Positions 1 through 8,653 of a stretch of DNA of 64,000 nt are shown piece by piece. Origin of the DNA: Actinomycetota bacterium. GTDB lineage: Bacteria; Actinomycetota; JAHEXW01. The notes under the pieces were generated by a model. It ran no database searches and was not told the DNA's origin. It saw only the letters and a list, made by a program, of their open reading frames with translations. Location: the NCBI GenBank assembly GCA_025355855.1, contig JANXYU010000019.1, positions 525 to 64,524 on the forward strand. Reading direction: 5' to 3'. Numbering within the stretch: position 1 is the stretch's first letter; every line of letters starts with the position of its first letter. A program made the translations under genes and the position numbers.

Positions 1-111
1 GAATGCTATGAAAACGCAAAGAAACAATCAAAAACCCATGAATTCTTTATGTCTATCTATACATTGCCCCAGATTCCTTCTGGGTTGTTAAAGAATTGGG
101 AGCAAACCTAA
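1..111 (+). CDS. Possible C-terminal fragment of an island gene (…ECYENAKKQSKTHEFFMSIYTLPQIPSGLLKNWEQT*)
   Basis: Frame open from window edge to TAA at 109-111; too short to identify. Confidence 0.3.
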   Translation, partial: ECYENAKKQSKTHEFFMSIYTLPQIPSGLLKNWEQT

Positions 112-244
112 CGGATTTCGAGTAATTTGTAGGTTCTTGCAGTTCAGTTAATTGATTAATTATCAACACTCCTTTAGATCCCGCCTCATTTACTTAATCA
201 GAGCTTTTGTTTGACTTTATTAGGAAATATTTGTCTATGAAGTA

Positions 245-273
245 TTGACCACGAGACAATGAAATGATACGAT
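245..273 (+). promoter_or_regulatory. Sigma70-type promoter for the hypothetical-xis-int unit
   Basis: TTGACC (245-250), 17 bp spacer, TACGAT (268-273). Confidence 0.6.
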
Positions 274-291
274 GCCATAGACCAAGAGACA
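247..291. repeat. 12-bp direct repeat GACCA(C/A)GAGACA, putative operator pair
   Basis: Copies at 247-258 and 280-291, 33 bp apart; first overlaps the -35, second the predicted +1. Confidence 0.55.
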
Positions 292-375
292 CTACTAGTA
301 AGCAATGGGCAGGATATTTCCCTAAAACATAAAGATCAAGATTCCTGGCAATTGAGGAAAGCGAGGAGGCGAGCG

Positions 376-555
376 ATGATGAATCTGCCTAAGCAACCAA
401 CTGCTGTCCCAAGTGACAACGATCTGATAATGCACGTTAGGGAGGAATTAATGCGAGCGTTCCGCTCAAGAAACAAGGGCAGCAGGGAAAATGAAAAAAC
501 TAATGAGATTACCGAACTGGTTGAATTCCTTAAAATTTTCGAAGAAGAAGACTAG
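376..555 (+). CDS. Small hypothetical protein of the integrated element
   Basis: SD GAGGAGG (363-369) before ATG 376; in frame with ORF 352..555. Confidence 0.55.
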   Translation: MMNLPKQPTAVPSDNDLIMHVREELMRAFRSRNKGSRENEKTNEITELVEFLKIFEEED

Positions 556-653
556 ATAGCTAAAAAGTCAAGAAAACTCAAAGTTAGGCAAAGGATCACT
601 ATGGGAATGCGTTTTGTAAAAGGATTAACGAAGCGAGGTATCGGAGGTGAAAA

Positions 654-881
654 ATGGAATGGAGTCAGACAGTAATCGAGTTTCCGGAGAAGAAGTACTA
701 CTACTGTATTGAGGAGGTAGTAGCTATGCTCCCGGTGTCAGTATTCTGGATATACAGACACACAAGCCTGGGGAATATACCGCACCATAAATTCTCAGGG
801 CGTCTACAGTTTTCCGAAGCTGATATTAAGGGGATAGAAGAGTTCGCTGCACGTGAAGCGAACCATCCCGACGCTGCATAG
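654..881 (+). CDS. Excisionase-like helix-turn-helix protein (HTH_17 type)
   Basis: IEEVVAMLPVSVFWIYRH…GNIPHHKFSGRLQF resembles xis HTH; SD GGAGGT; directly upstream of integrase. Confidence 0.75.
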   Translation: MEWSQTVIEFPEKKYYYCIEEVVAMLPVSVFWIYRHTSLGNIPHHKFSGRLQFSEADIKGIEEFAAREANHPDAA

Positions 882-896
882 GAGGGTGAACCAAGG

Positions 897-1964
897 ATGG
901 CTATTGTAAAGCGCGGCAAAAAATATCATGTGATTTGGAGGGATCCCAGTGGGAAGCAACGATCGCGGTCGGCTGGAAGCCTCAAACGGGACGCAGAAAG
1001 GATGCTGACCGAGATAAACCACGATATGATGACCGGACAATACGTTGATGTTAAGCCGATTGTATTCCGGGATTTTGTCGCGCTTTGGCTATCCCGTCAA
1101 AAGCCGAATGTTAAGCGAAGCTCATATCTAAAATATGAGAGCGTAATCAATACTGAACTCATGCCCCGATTCGGGGATTTGAAATTAGCAACGCTTGACG
1201 TTGGCAGGATTCAAGATTGGATTACCAGACTCTCAACTAGAGATTTATCTGCGAGTACGATAAATACGTATTACGCGGTATTGCGGAAAATGTTAGAAGA
1301 CGCCGTCAAATATGACTATATATACAGAAATCCCGCGGCCAAGGTTGATCGGCCGAAAATTCCAAAAAGCGAAATCATTTATCTAAAACCAAAAGAAATT
1401 GGGCGTCTCTTAAGAGCAGTAGAAGACCGACCGCTGGATCATGCGATTCTGTTTCTTCTTGCAATGACCGGACTAAGAATCGGGGAGGCTCTAGCGTTAA
1501 CATGGAGCGATATCGACCTTGTGACCCAGACGATAGCTGTCAATAAAACTACGCATGCTGGTGAGGTGTCGTCGCCGAAGACATCTGGCTCGAACAGGAA
1601 CGTACGATTCCCGGAGGTTTTAAAGACTGAACTGATGACCTTTACGCTCTCGCAATCAATCTCTCCGGGCGACCACGTCTTCTCTACGCGCAACGGGACC
1701 GCTCTCGATAGGAACCATGTAAGGAACCGGATACTGGCTCCTGCGTTGAAGAAAGCAGGCTTAAAACATGTTTCAGTGCACTCCCTGCGACATTCCTACG
1801 CGACAATCATGATAGATCACGGCGAAAACCTGAAATTCATTCAAAATCAACTCGGACATTCGTCAATGAGAGTGACATTTGACCGCTACGGACACTTGCT
1901 ACCTGCAGCAGGAGACGAAGCTATGAAGAGGTTGGATAGGATGGTTGATGATGAGTTCTGTTAG
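897..1964 (+). CDS. int: Tyrosine recombinase/phage-type integrase
   Basis: Arm-binding N-terminus; catalytic motifs TGLRIGE, HSLRH, LGH, RYGH intact. Confidence 0.95.
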   Translation: MAIVKRGKKYHVIWRDPSGKQRSRSAGSLKRDAERMLTEINHDMMTGQYVDVKPIVFRDFVALWLSRQKPNVKRSSYLKYESVINTELMPRFGDLKLATLDVGRIQDWITRLSTRDLSASTINTYYAVLRKMLEDAVKYDYIYRNPAAKVDRPKIPKSEIIYLKPKEIGRLLRAVEDRPLDHAILFLLAMTGLRIGEALALTWSDIDLVTQTIAVNKTTHAGEVSSPKTSGSNRNVRFPEVLKTELMTFTLSQSISPGDHVFSTRNGTALDRNHVRNRILAPALKKAGLKHVSVHSLRHSYATIMIDHGENLKFIQNQLGHSSMRVTFDRYGHLLPAAGDEAMKRLDRMVDDEFC

Positions 1965-1977
1965 CAAAATGTTAGCA
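1959..1977. repeat. Tandem TGTTAGCA-AAA-TGTTAGCA, putative integrase arm-type sites
   Basis: Two exact 8-mers 11 bp apart at the int stop, ~60 bp from the tRNA 3' end. Confidence 0.5.
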
Positions 1978-2035
1978 GTGGCACGTATCATGCCAATTAG
2001 AAATCGGCAAAACTTGATAATCTAGCAGATGAGAA

Positions 2036-2110
2036 TGGTGGGCGATGAAGGATTTGAACCTTCGACCTCTTCCGTGTCAGGGAAGCGCTCTCCCCCTGAG
2101 CTAATCGCCC
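2036..2110 (-). tRNA. tRNA-Val(GAC)
   Basis: Minus strand GGGCGATTAGCTCAGGGGGAGAGCGCTTCCCTGACACGGAAGAGGTCGAAGGTTCAAATCCTTCATCGCCCACCA: 7-bp acceptor stem, anticodon arm CTTCC-CTGACAC-GGAAG, T arm, encoded CCA. Confidence 0.97.
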
Positions 2111-2130
2111 TCAAGCAGGAATACTAGATA

Positions 2131-2159
2131 ATATTAAAGGAGGGCCGGGTTGTTAGCAA
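2131..2159 (-). promoter_or_regulatory. tRNA promoter
   Basis: Minus strand TTGCTA, 17 bp, TAATAT upstream of tRNA. Confidence 0.6.
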
Positions 2160-2193
2160 CCTGCGCCGTCATGATAGAGGCAGAAGAGGGCGT

Positions 2194-2985
2194 CTAGAGG
2201 TTGAAGAATTTCTCAGCGTTCGCGGTAGTGGCTTCCTCGATAACGTCCAAAGAGACCCCGCGATATTCGGCTAGTTTCCTGGCGATCTCGACGACGAAGG
2301 CGGGTTCATTGCGCCAACCGCGGTAGGGGGTCGGGGCGGCGAACGGGCAATCTGTCTCGATCATAAGCCGATCAATAGGAATACTGTTTACGATTTGTTC
2401 TCTTAGATGATCGTATCGAGCGCCGGACCCGGCACCTGACGCCCGGGGCTTGAACGTGATGACGCCTGTAAAGGACACATACAGCCCCGATTCGATCGCG
2501 TTGAGAGCGAATTCCGGCGAGCCGGAGAAGAAATGAATCACTGCGCGCAGATCTTTAAAGCGGTGCAAGATGTCCATTACGTCATCTTCCGCGTCGCGGG
2601 TGTGGATGATGACGGGCAGGTCATGGTCGCGGGCTAAATTGAGCTGGCGGACAAAAGCTTCTTTTTGCAGGGCCGGGCTGGTCTTGGATTTGAAATAGTC
2701 CAGGCCTATCTCGCCGACCGCGACCACGCGTCCGTCTTTTAGCATCTCACTCATCTCAGAGATGTTTTCTTCGGTGGCTTCCTGGGCATCGTGAGGATGG
2801 ATGCCGACCGTCGCGTAGATGGAACCGTAACTAGCGGCGAGATCGACTGAGGCGCGAGAACCCGCCATGTTCGCGCCGACATTAATAATTTTGCCCACGC
2901 CAGCCGTAGCCGCGCGCGAGATTATTTCATCGCGATCCTTGTTGAAATCCTCAAAATCCAGATGAGCGTGGGTATCGATAAACAT
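2194..2985 (-). CDS. tatD: TatD family metal-dependent DNase/hydrolase
   Basis: DTHAHL, GIHPH, VGEIGLDY, IHTRDA, ETDCPF motifs. Confidence 0.95.
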   Translation of the reverse strand: MFIDTHAHLDFEDFNKDRDEIISRAATAGVGKIINVGANMAGSRASVDLAASYGSIYATVGIHPHDAQEATEENISEMSEMLKDGRVVAVGEIGLDYFKSKTSPALQKEAFVRQLNLARDHDLPVIIHTRDAEDDVMDILHRFKDLRAVIHFFSGSPEFALNAIESGLYVSFTGVITFKPRASGAGSGARYDHLREQIVNSIPIDRLMIETDCPFAAPTPYRGWRNEPAFVVEIARKLAEYRGVSLDVIEEATTANAEKFFNL

Positions 2986-3043
2986 AGTGACAGTATAGTA
3001 TAGTGACGCTCTCGCTCCCAGGGTCTTTGCGCAGAGTCTCTAG

Positions 3044-4099
3044 TTAGGGTAAGAAATAAAAGGCGATTGCCAGAATGAGATACACGGCGCACAAAAGAAC
3101 GCCTTCCAGCCAGTTGGATTCCCCGTCGGTCGACACGAATTTGACCGCCAGCACGGCCAACAACACGGCCGCAACCTCGAACAACGAAAACGTAAGGTCC
3201 ATGGGCTTGGCCGTAAGGTAGCTGACGAAAACGAGCACCGGAGCGACAAAGAGCGCCATTTGCTGACTGCCGCCCAACGCGATCCCGAGGGTAACATCCA
3301 TCTGGTCTTTAGTGGCGAATGTAACGGCGCTGAAGTGCTCAACCGCGTTGCCGATGATGGCGACCAGGATAACGCCGACGAAAATCTGGCTCATCCCGGC
3401 GGCCGCCGCAGCCGGTTCGATGGCGCCGACCAAAAACTCGCTCATAAAAGCCAATGCGATGGCCGCGGCCAACAAAATGCCGACCGCCCGGCCGACGCTC
3501 CAGGTGTTCTTGCCCGGAGCTGCCTTCGCTTCTCCGGCGTAGAGGTGTTTATGTGTTTTAAAAGAGAAAAGGAGGCTGAAAACATATACGGTGAACAAAA
3601 CAATTGCTATGGTCAGAGACAGTTCATGTTCGCTATGAGCGGTCGCGCCGCCAGTAACATTATGAAACAACGCCGGGACGACTAGAGCGGTGGCGGACAA
3701 TAGTAACAGCGTAGAGCTGATTCCCGCAGCCGTCTTGTTAAAGGTCTGTTTTTCTTTTCTAAGTCCGCCAACTAGAAAGGCGGCGCCGGTGACGAGCAAC
3801 AGATTGCCGATTATAGCGCCTGTGATGCTGGCTTTGACGACATCGTGCAAACCGGCGCGCAAAGCGAAGAAGCAGATTATAAGCTCGGCTGCGTTTCCGA
3901 ACGTGGCGTTCAGAAAGCTGCCGACTCCGGCGCCGGTGCGCTCAGCCAGGTGTTCAGTGGCCGTGCCGATCAAACCAGCCAACGGTATGATTCCCAAGGC
4001 GGCAATAACAAAACGCGCGACCGGAGCGACGTGCGCCCATTCCGCGACAAAAGCCAGCGGTATGAAGATGAGTAGCAGGTAAACGGCTTTCTTAAGCAT
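3044..4099 (-). CDS. cax: Ca2+/H+ antiporter (CAX/ChaA family)
   Basis: Two alpha-repeats GNAAE and GNAVEH; many TM segments; ATG 4099 preferred over 4138. Confidence 0.92.
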   Translation of the reverse strand: MLKKAVYLLLIFIPLAFVAEWAHVAPVARFVIAALGIIPLAGLIGTATEHLAERTGAGVGSFLNATFGNAAELIICFFALRAGLHDVVKASITGAIIGNLLLVTGAAFLVGGLRKEKQTFNKTAAGISSTLLLLSATALVVPALFHNVTGGATAHSEHELSLTIAIVLFTVYVFSLLFSFKTHKHLYAGEAKAAPGKNTWSVGRAVGILLAAAIALAFMSEFLVGAIEPAAAAAGMSQIFVGVILVAIIGNAVEHFSAVTFATKDQMDVTLGIALGGSQQMALFVAPVLVFVSYLTAKPMDLTFSLFEVAAVLLAVLAVKFVSTDGESNWLEGVLLCAVYLILAIAFYFLP

Positions 4100-4159
4100 A
4101 CTGATATATTGTATAGTTAACTTTGCTAATTTACACATCGAGACGAGGATTCTAAGCGT

Positions 4160-5884
4160 ATGGAAGCATCTGAACTGGACATATTACGTCACTCGACCGC
4201 TCACGTCATGGCCCAGGCCGTGACGGAGCTGTTCGACGACGTAAAATTGGCGATCGGTCCAACCATCGAGGACGGATTTTACTACGACTTCGAGCTGGAG
4301 CATACTTTCACGCCTGACGACCTAATCAAGATTGAAGCCAGGATGAAGGAGATTGCTAAACGCAACCTGCCTATCGCGCGCGCCGAGATGTCTAGCGAAG
4401 ACGCTGAGATTTTGTTCACCGAACTACACCAGCCTTATAAAGTCGAGCTCATCCGGGATCTGCCGGGCGACTCGGTTACCGTATTTCGCCAGGGAGAGTT
4501 TGTCGACCTGTGCCGAGGACCCCACTGTTCTTACACTAAGAAGGTCAAGCACTATAAATTGTTGAGCCTGGCCGGAGCCTATTGGCGCGGCGACGAGACG
4601 AACGCTATGCTGCAGCGCATCTACGGCACCGCGTGGGGCACAGCCGACGAACTGGCGGCCTATCTGGTTCGCCTAGAAGAGATTGCCCAGCGGGATCACC
4701 GGAAGCTGGGACGGGAACTGGATCTGTTCAGCCTGCCCGAGGAGCTAGGTCCGGGCCTGGTCGTCTGGCACCCGAAGGGCGCGATCTTACGCGGCTTGAT
4801 CGAGGATTTCTTGAAAGAAGAGCACAAAAAACGCGGCTACGACTTTGTCGTGGGGCCGCATATCATGAAGACTTCCTTATGGAAAACAAGCGGTCATTAC
4901 CAGACTGGCTATCCGATGTATTTCTTCGACATAGAAGGCCAGGAATACGGTATCAAGCCGATGAACTGTCCGGCTCATATTTTAGTATACAAATCGCAAC
5001 CGCGCAGCTATCGCGCCCTGCCCCTGCGCTACTTTGAACTGGGGACGGTTTACCGACACGAGCGCAGCGGCGTTCTGCATGGTTTGTTGCGTGTCCGCGG
5101 TTTTACTCAAGACGACGCTCACATATTCTGCACTCGGGACCAGATGGAGGAAGAGATCATTGGCGTCCTTGACTTCGCTTTTCACTGCCTGAAAACATTC
5201 GGTTTCGCTGAATACGAAGTCATGTTGAGCACCAGGCCCGACGCGGATAAAACGGTGGGGACCGACGAGAACTGGGAATTGGCGACCAATGCTTTGGTCG
5301 CGGCGATGGAGCACCACAACCTCAAATATACGGTCGATCCCGGCGAGGGGACATTTTACGGACCGAAGATCGATGTGAAGCTAAAGGACGCACTGGGGCG
5401 TCTCTGGCAGGGCCCGACGATTCAGGTTGACCTAAACCTGCCGGAAAGATTTGACGCGGTCTACTATGGCGACGACAATGCCCAGCACCGGCCGGTCATG
5501 ATCCACCGGGTTGTCCTGGGCAGCATGGAGCGCTTCATCGGCGCGCTTATAGAGAACTATGGCGGGCAGTTCCCGCTGTGGTTGGCGCCTGTGCAGGCTA
5601 TTGTAGCTCCGGTAAGTGAAAAAGCCACTGACTATGCCGCGCGCGTTTTTCGACAGTTGAAAGACGCGGGGGTCCGAGTTGAACTGAATGACAAAAACGA
5701 GACGATATCGTCAAAGGTCCGCGACGCGCAAATGCAGAAAATACCTTTTACCCTGGTTGTCGGGGAAAACGAAGCGGCGGATGGCACAGTTGCCGTGCGC
5801 GACCGCGGCGGCAAAGATAGACGCGGCGTCAAGCCGGCCGACTTCATCGAGGAAATAGCCGCGGCCGTCCGCGACAGGAGCTAA
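4160..5884 (+). CDS. thrS: Threonine--tRNA ligase (no N-terminal TGS domain)
   Basis: HSTAH/DLCRGPH editing motifs, RDHRKLG, KPMNCP, QDDAHIF, FYGPKID, GSMERF, anticodon-binding C-terminus. Confidence 0.97.
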   Translation: MEASELDILRHSTAHVMAQAVTELFDDVKLAIGPTIEDGFYYDFELEHTFTPDDLIKIEARMKEIAKRNLPIARAEMSSEDAEILFTELHQPYKVELIRDLPGDSVTVFRQGEFVDLCRGPHCSYTKKVKHYKLLSLAGAYWRGDETNAMLQRIYGTAWGTADELAAYLVRLEEIAQRDHRKLGRELDLFSLPEELGPGLVVWHPKGAILRGLIEDFLKEEHKKRGYDFVVGPHIMKTSLWKTSGHYQTGYPMYFFDIEGQEYGIKPMNCPAHILVYKSQPRSYRALPLRYFELGTVYRHERSGVLHGLLRVRGFTQDDAHIFCTRDQMEEEIIGVLDFAFHCLKTFGFAEYEVMLSTRPDADKTVGTDENWELATNALVAAMEHHNLKYTVDPGEGTFYGPKIDVKLKDALGRLWQGPTIQVDLNLPERFDAVYYGDDNAQHRPVMIHRVVLGSMERFIGALIENYGGQFPLWLAPVQAIVAPVSEKATDYAARVFRQLKDAGVRVELNDKNETISSKVRDAQMQKIPFTLVVGENEAADGTVAVRDRGGKDRRGVKPADFIEEIAAAVRDRS

Positions 5885-5887
5885 AAC

Positions 5888-6355
5888 GTGGATAAGAAGA
5901 AGATCGATGAACTGATCTCAATCCTTAAAAAGAATGACTTAAGCGAAGTCACGGTTGAGGAGAATGGCGTGAAGATAACGGTCCGGCAGGGCGATATCAC
6001 TATAGTCGAAGGCGGGCCTGCGGGCGTACTGCCACACGTCGGCGGACACACCCCGAATGCCAAACCCGCGATTTCCGGGGAAGATGCCGCGCTGGCCGAG
6101 CTAGAAGCCAAATACGCGACCTTGGTCTCACCGATGGTGGGGACGTTTTACCGGGCGGCGGCTCCCGGCGCTGACGTCTTCATCGAAGAGGGAGACGTTT
6201 TCGAGGTCGGTCAAACATTGTGCGTTGTGGAAGCAATGAAATTAATGAATGATATTGTCGCTGACGAAGCAGGTCGGCTCATCAAGATCGCCGTCTCCGA
6301 CGGGAGTTCCGTGCAATTCGGGCAAACACTCTTGTTCTTTGAGCCCCTGGTTTAA
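5888..6355 (+). CDS. accB: Acetyl-CoA carboxylase biotin carboxyl carrier protein
   Basis: SPMVGTFY and EAMKLMN biotinylation motif. Confidence 0.95.
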   Translation: MDKKKIDELISILKKNDLSEVTVEENGVKITVRQGDITIVEGGPAGVLPHVGGHTPNAKPAISGEDAALAELEAKYATLVSPMVGTFYRAAAPGADVFIEEGDVFEVGQTLCVVEAMKLMNDIVADEAGRLIKIAVSDGSSVQFGQTLLFFEPLV

Positions 6356-6360
6356 CCGTT

Positions 6361-7707
6361 ATGTTTAAGCGAATCCTTATCGCCAACCGCGGCGAGATCG
6401 CTGTTAGAGTCATCAGAGCCTGTCGTGAGCTGGGAATAGAATCCGTCGCAGTGTATTCCACGGTTGACGCGAACAGCCTGCATGTCAGCGAGGCGGATAC
6501 CGCTATCTGCATCGGGCCCGGTCCGGCGGAAAAAAGCTATCTGAATATTCCAAGCATCATCGCGGCCGCCGAGGTTGCCGGCGCGGACGCCATTCACCCC
6601 GGGTATGGTTTCCTGGCTGAGAACGCCAGGTTCAGCGATATCTGTTCCACATGTGGAATCACGTTTATCGGACCGCCTCCCGATGTCATTGATCGCTTGG
6701 GTGACAAGGTTGCGGCGCGCACCATCATGGAAGACGCCGGCGTGCCGGTAATACCGGGGACTCGGGGTGCGGTTACCAAAGAACGGCAAGCTTTGACCTT
6801 CGCGGCCCAGGCTGGTTATCCGGTTATCGTGAAAGCGGCCGGCGGCGGCGGCGGACGCGGCATGCGCATCTGTTATACCGACAAAGAGCTAGCCCAGGGA
6901 TTTCAAACCGCGCAAGTCGAGGCGGGTACGTATTTCAAGAATCCGACGGTCTATGTAGAAAAATACATCCTCAACCCGCGGCACATCGAGTTCCAGATTC
7001 TGGCGGACCAGCACGGTAACGTTGTTCATGTGGGGGATCGTGATTGCAGTATTCAAAGGCGCCATCAAAAGCTGGTAGAGGAAGCGCCGTCGACTTTTAT
7101 CACTGCTAAAACAAGAGCGGCCATGGGGAAGATCGCTGTCAGGGCGACTGAGGCAGCGGCTTACGTGGGCGCGGGAACCATTGAGTTCCTGGTCGATGAG
7201 GCAGGCAAATACTATTTCATTGAAGCTAACACTAGAGTACAGGTTGAGCATTCCGTTACGGAAGCTGTTGCCGGTCTGGACATTATAAAGGAGCAGATAA
7301 GGATCGCGGAGGGAGAAAGACTGAGCGTCACGCAACGCGATATCAGTCTCTTTGGTTACGCGATGGAGTTCAGAATCAATGCCGAGGACCCCGCCAGCGA
7401 TTTCCGGCCGACTGGAGGGACAGTTGAATTCTTTAGTCCGCCGGGCGGACCGGGTGTACGGGTCGACACACATTTGTATTCCGGATACCGGGTACCGTCG
7501 GACTATGACAGCCTATTGGCCAAGCTGATAGTCTGGGGACGGGATCGGACGGAGACGATTGCCCGCGGCAAGCGGGCCTTGCGAGAAATGATCATCGAGG
7601 GCATGGCGACAACCATCCCGTTTCATTTATGGCTTTTGGAGCAGGAAGAATTTGTGTCCGGCCAGGCGACGACGAATTTTGTTGAGCAGCACTATAAGGG
7701 AGTGTGA
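6361..7707 (+). CDS. accC: Biotin carboxylase
   Basis: ANRGEIA, HPGYGFLAEN, GGGGRGMR, QRRHQK, RINAEDP. Confidence 0.97.
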   Translation: MFKRILIANRGEIAVRVIRACRELGIESVAVYSTVDANSLHVSEADTAICIGPGPAEKSYLNIPSIIAAAEVAGADAIHPGYGFLAENARFSDICSTCGITFIGPPPDVIDRLGDKVAARTIMEDAGVPVIPGTRGAVTKERQALTFAAQAGYPVIVKAAGGGGGRGMRICYTDKELAQGFQTAQVEAGTYFKNPTVYVEKYILNPRHIEFQILADQHGNVVHVGDRDCSIQRRHQKLVEEAPSTFITAKTRAAMGKIAVRATEAAAYVGAGTIEFLVDEAGKYYFIEANTRVQVEHSVTEAVAGLDIIKEQIRIAEGERLSVTQRDISLFGYAMEFRINAEDPASDFRPTGGTVEFFSPPGGPGVRVDTHLYSGYRVPSDYDSLLAKLIVWGRDRTETIARGKRALREMIIEGMATTIPFHLWLLEQEEFVSGQATTNFVEQHYKGV

Positions 7708-8012
7708 GCATGTCTGAAAACGATGAGATTGTTGTCGGCGACATGAAGATTGCCGAGAACGTTGTAGTAAAGATCGTCCGGGAAAGCGCGACCTCAGCCA
7801 CGGGCGTCTCACAGGTGCGTGAGATTGAAGTACTCCCCAAGGAAGGCGCCCTGGCCGTTAACCTGACGCTCTCCGTCGGCTATAAGACCATCTATCCCGA
7901 CGTTGCCGCTGAAGTCCAAAAGGTCGTCAAAACAGATATAAACCGAATGACCGGAGTCAAGGTGGACGACGTGAACGTGACTGTCGAACGCCTGGATTTC
8001 TCTAAGGAATAG
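7704..8012 (+). CDS. Asp23/Gls24 family protein
   Basis: IAENVV…A..A..V.GV…VQK.VK..I..MTG.KV..VNV.V pattern; typical position between accC and nusB. Confidence 0.85.
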   Translation: MSMSENDEIVVGDMKIAENVVVKIVRESATSATGVSQVREIEVLPKEGALAVNLTLSVGYKTIYPDVAAEVQKVVKTDINRMTGVKVDDVNVTVERLDFSKE

Positions 8013-8024
8013 GGGCTACTTCGA

Positions 8025-8429
8025 TTGAGCCGTCGCCATCGCGCCCGCAAGATAATTCTCGACGTCCTGTATCGCTTGGAAATTGACAAAGTCTCTCCGA
8101 GCGAGGTACTGGACGACTACCGGAAAGAAATGGCTAGCAAAGTGATAGACGAGTTCGTGGAGCGCGTTCTGGCGGGTGTGGTCGAGAAGATGCCTGAGTT
8201 GGATAAGATAATTGACGCGCACGCCGACAAATGGGCGTTGAAAAGGATGCCTATTTTGGATCGTAACATCTTGCGTCTGGGCGTCTACGAGCTAATGTAC
8301 GAAGACGATATACCCGCGAGCGTGACCATAAACGAAGCTGTTGAATTAGCCAATATGTATAGCACGGATGACTCGGGGCGTTTTGTTAACGGAATTCTAG
8401 GAAGGTTAGTTAAGGATGGCGAGGTTTGA
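8025..8429 (+). CDS. nusB: Transcription antitermination factor NusB
   Basis: RRHRAR N-terminus, DRNILRLG, INEAVELA, FVNGILG. Confidence 0.95.
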   Translation: MSRRHRARKIILDVLYRLEIDKVSPSEVLDDYRKEMASKVIDEFVERVLAGVVEKMPELDKIIDAHADKWALKRMPILDRNILRLGVYELMYEDDIPASVTINEAVELANMYSTDDSGRFVNGILGRLVKDGEV

Positions 8430-8653
8430 TGGCGGACAAGAAGAAGAACGTTAAAGACACGGAAGAATTTAAGGACGTCGAAGCGAAGGTTAAACGCTTA
8501 GAGAAGGAAGACCTGAAGGACTCGAAAAAGTTGGGGCACCTGAAGGATTTAGAGGCCAAGATCAAGCGGTTAGAAAAAGAAGACATCGACGCGTCCGAGG
8601 CGGCTGTGCTCATTGACGAATGCATCGGTCTGGCCGCGGAATGCGGCGAATGA
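8426..8653 (+). CDS. XseB (exonuclease VII small subunit)-like protein with internal duplication
   Basis: LEAKIKRLEKEDIDASEAAVLIDECIGLAAEC resembles XseB helices; sits in the xseB position before ispA. Confidence 0.5.
   Translation: MMADKKKNVKDTEEFKDVEAKVKRLEKEDLKDSKKLGHLKDLEAKIKRLEKEDIDASEAAVLIDECIGLAAECGE

Larger units (their letters stand above)
1..2035. mobile_element. End of an integrative element/prophage-like island inserted at the 3' end of tRNA-Val(GAC); other end lies outside the window
   Basis: Excisionase-like HTH and tyrosine integrase end ~70 bp from the tRNA CCA end; visibly AT-richer than the rest of the window. Confidence 0.85.

Noticed and set aside
2151-2158. Third TGTTAGCA copy as an arm site
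   Set aside because: Lies on the host side of the tRNA and coincides with the tRNA promoter -35 (TTGCTA)
2415-2450. Gly-rich insertion in TatD (PRASGAGSGAR)
   Set aside because: About 10-aa insertion, probably a surface loop; no repeat or element signature
4095-4125. dif site
   Set aside because: Only AT-rich resemblance; no proper XerD arm; explained by divergent promoters
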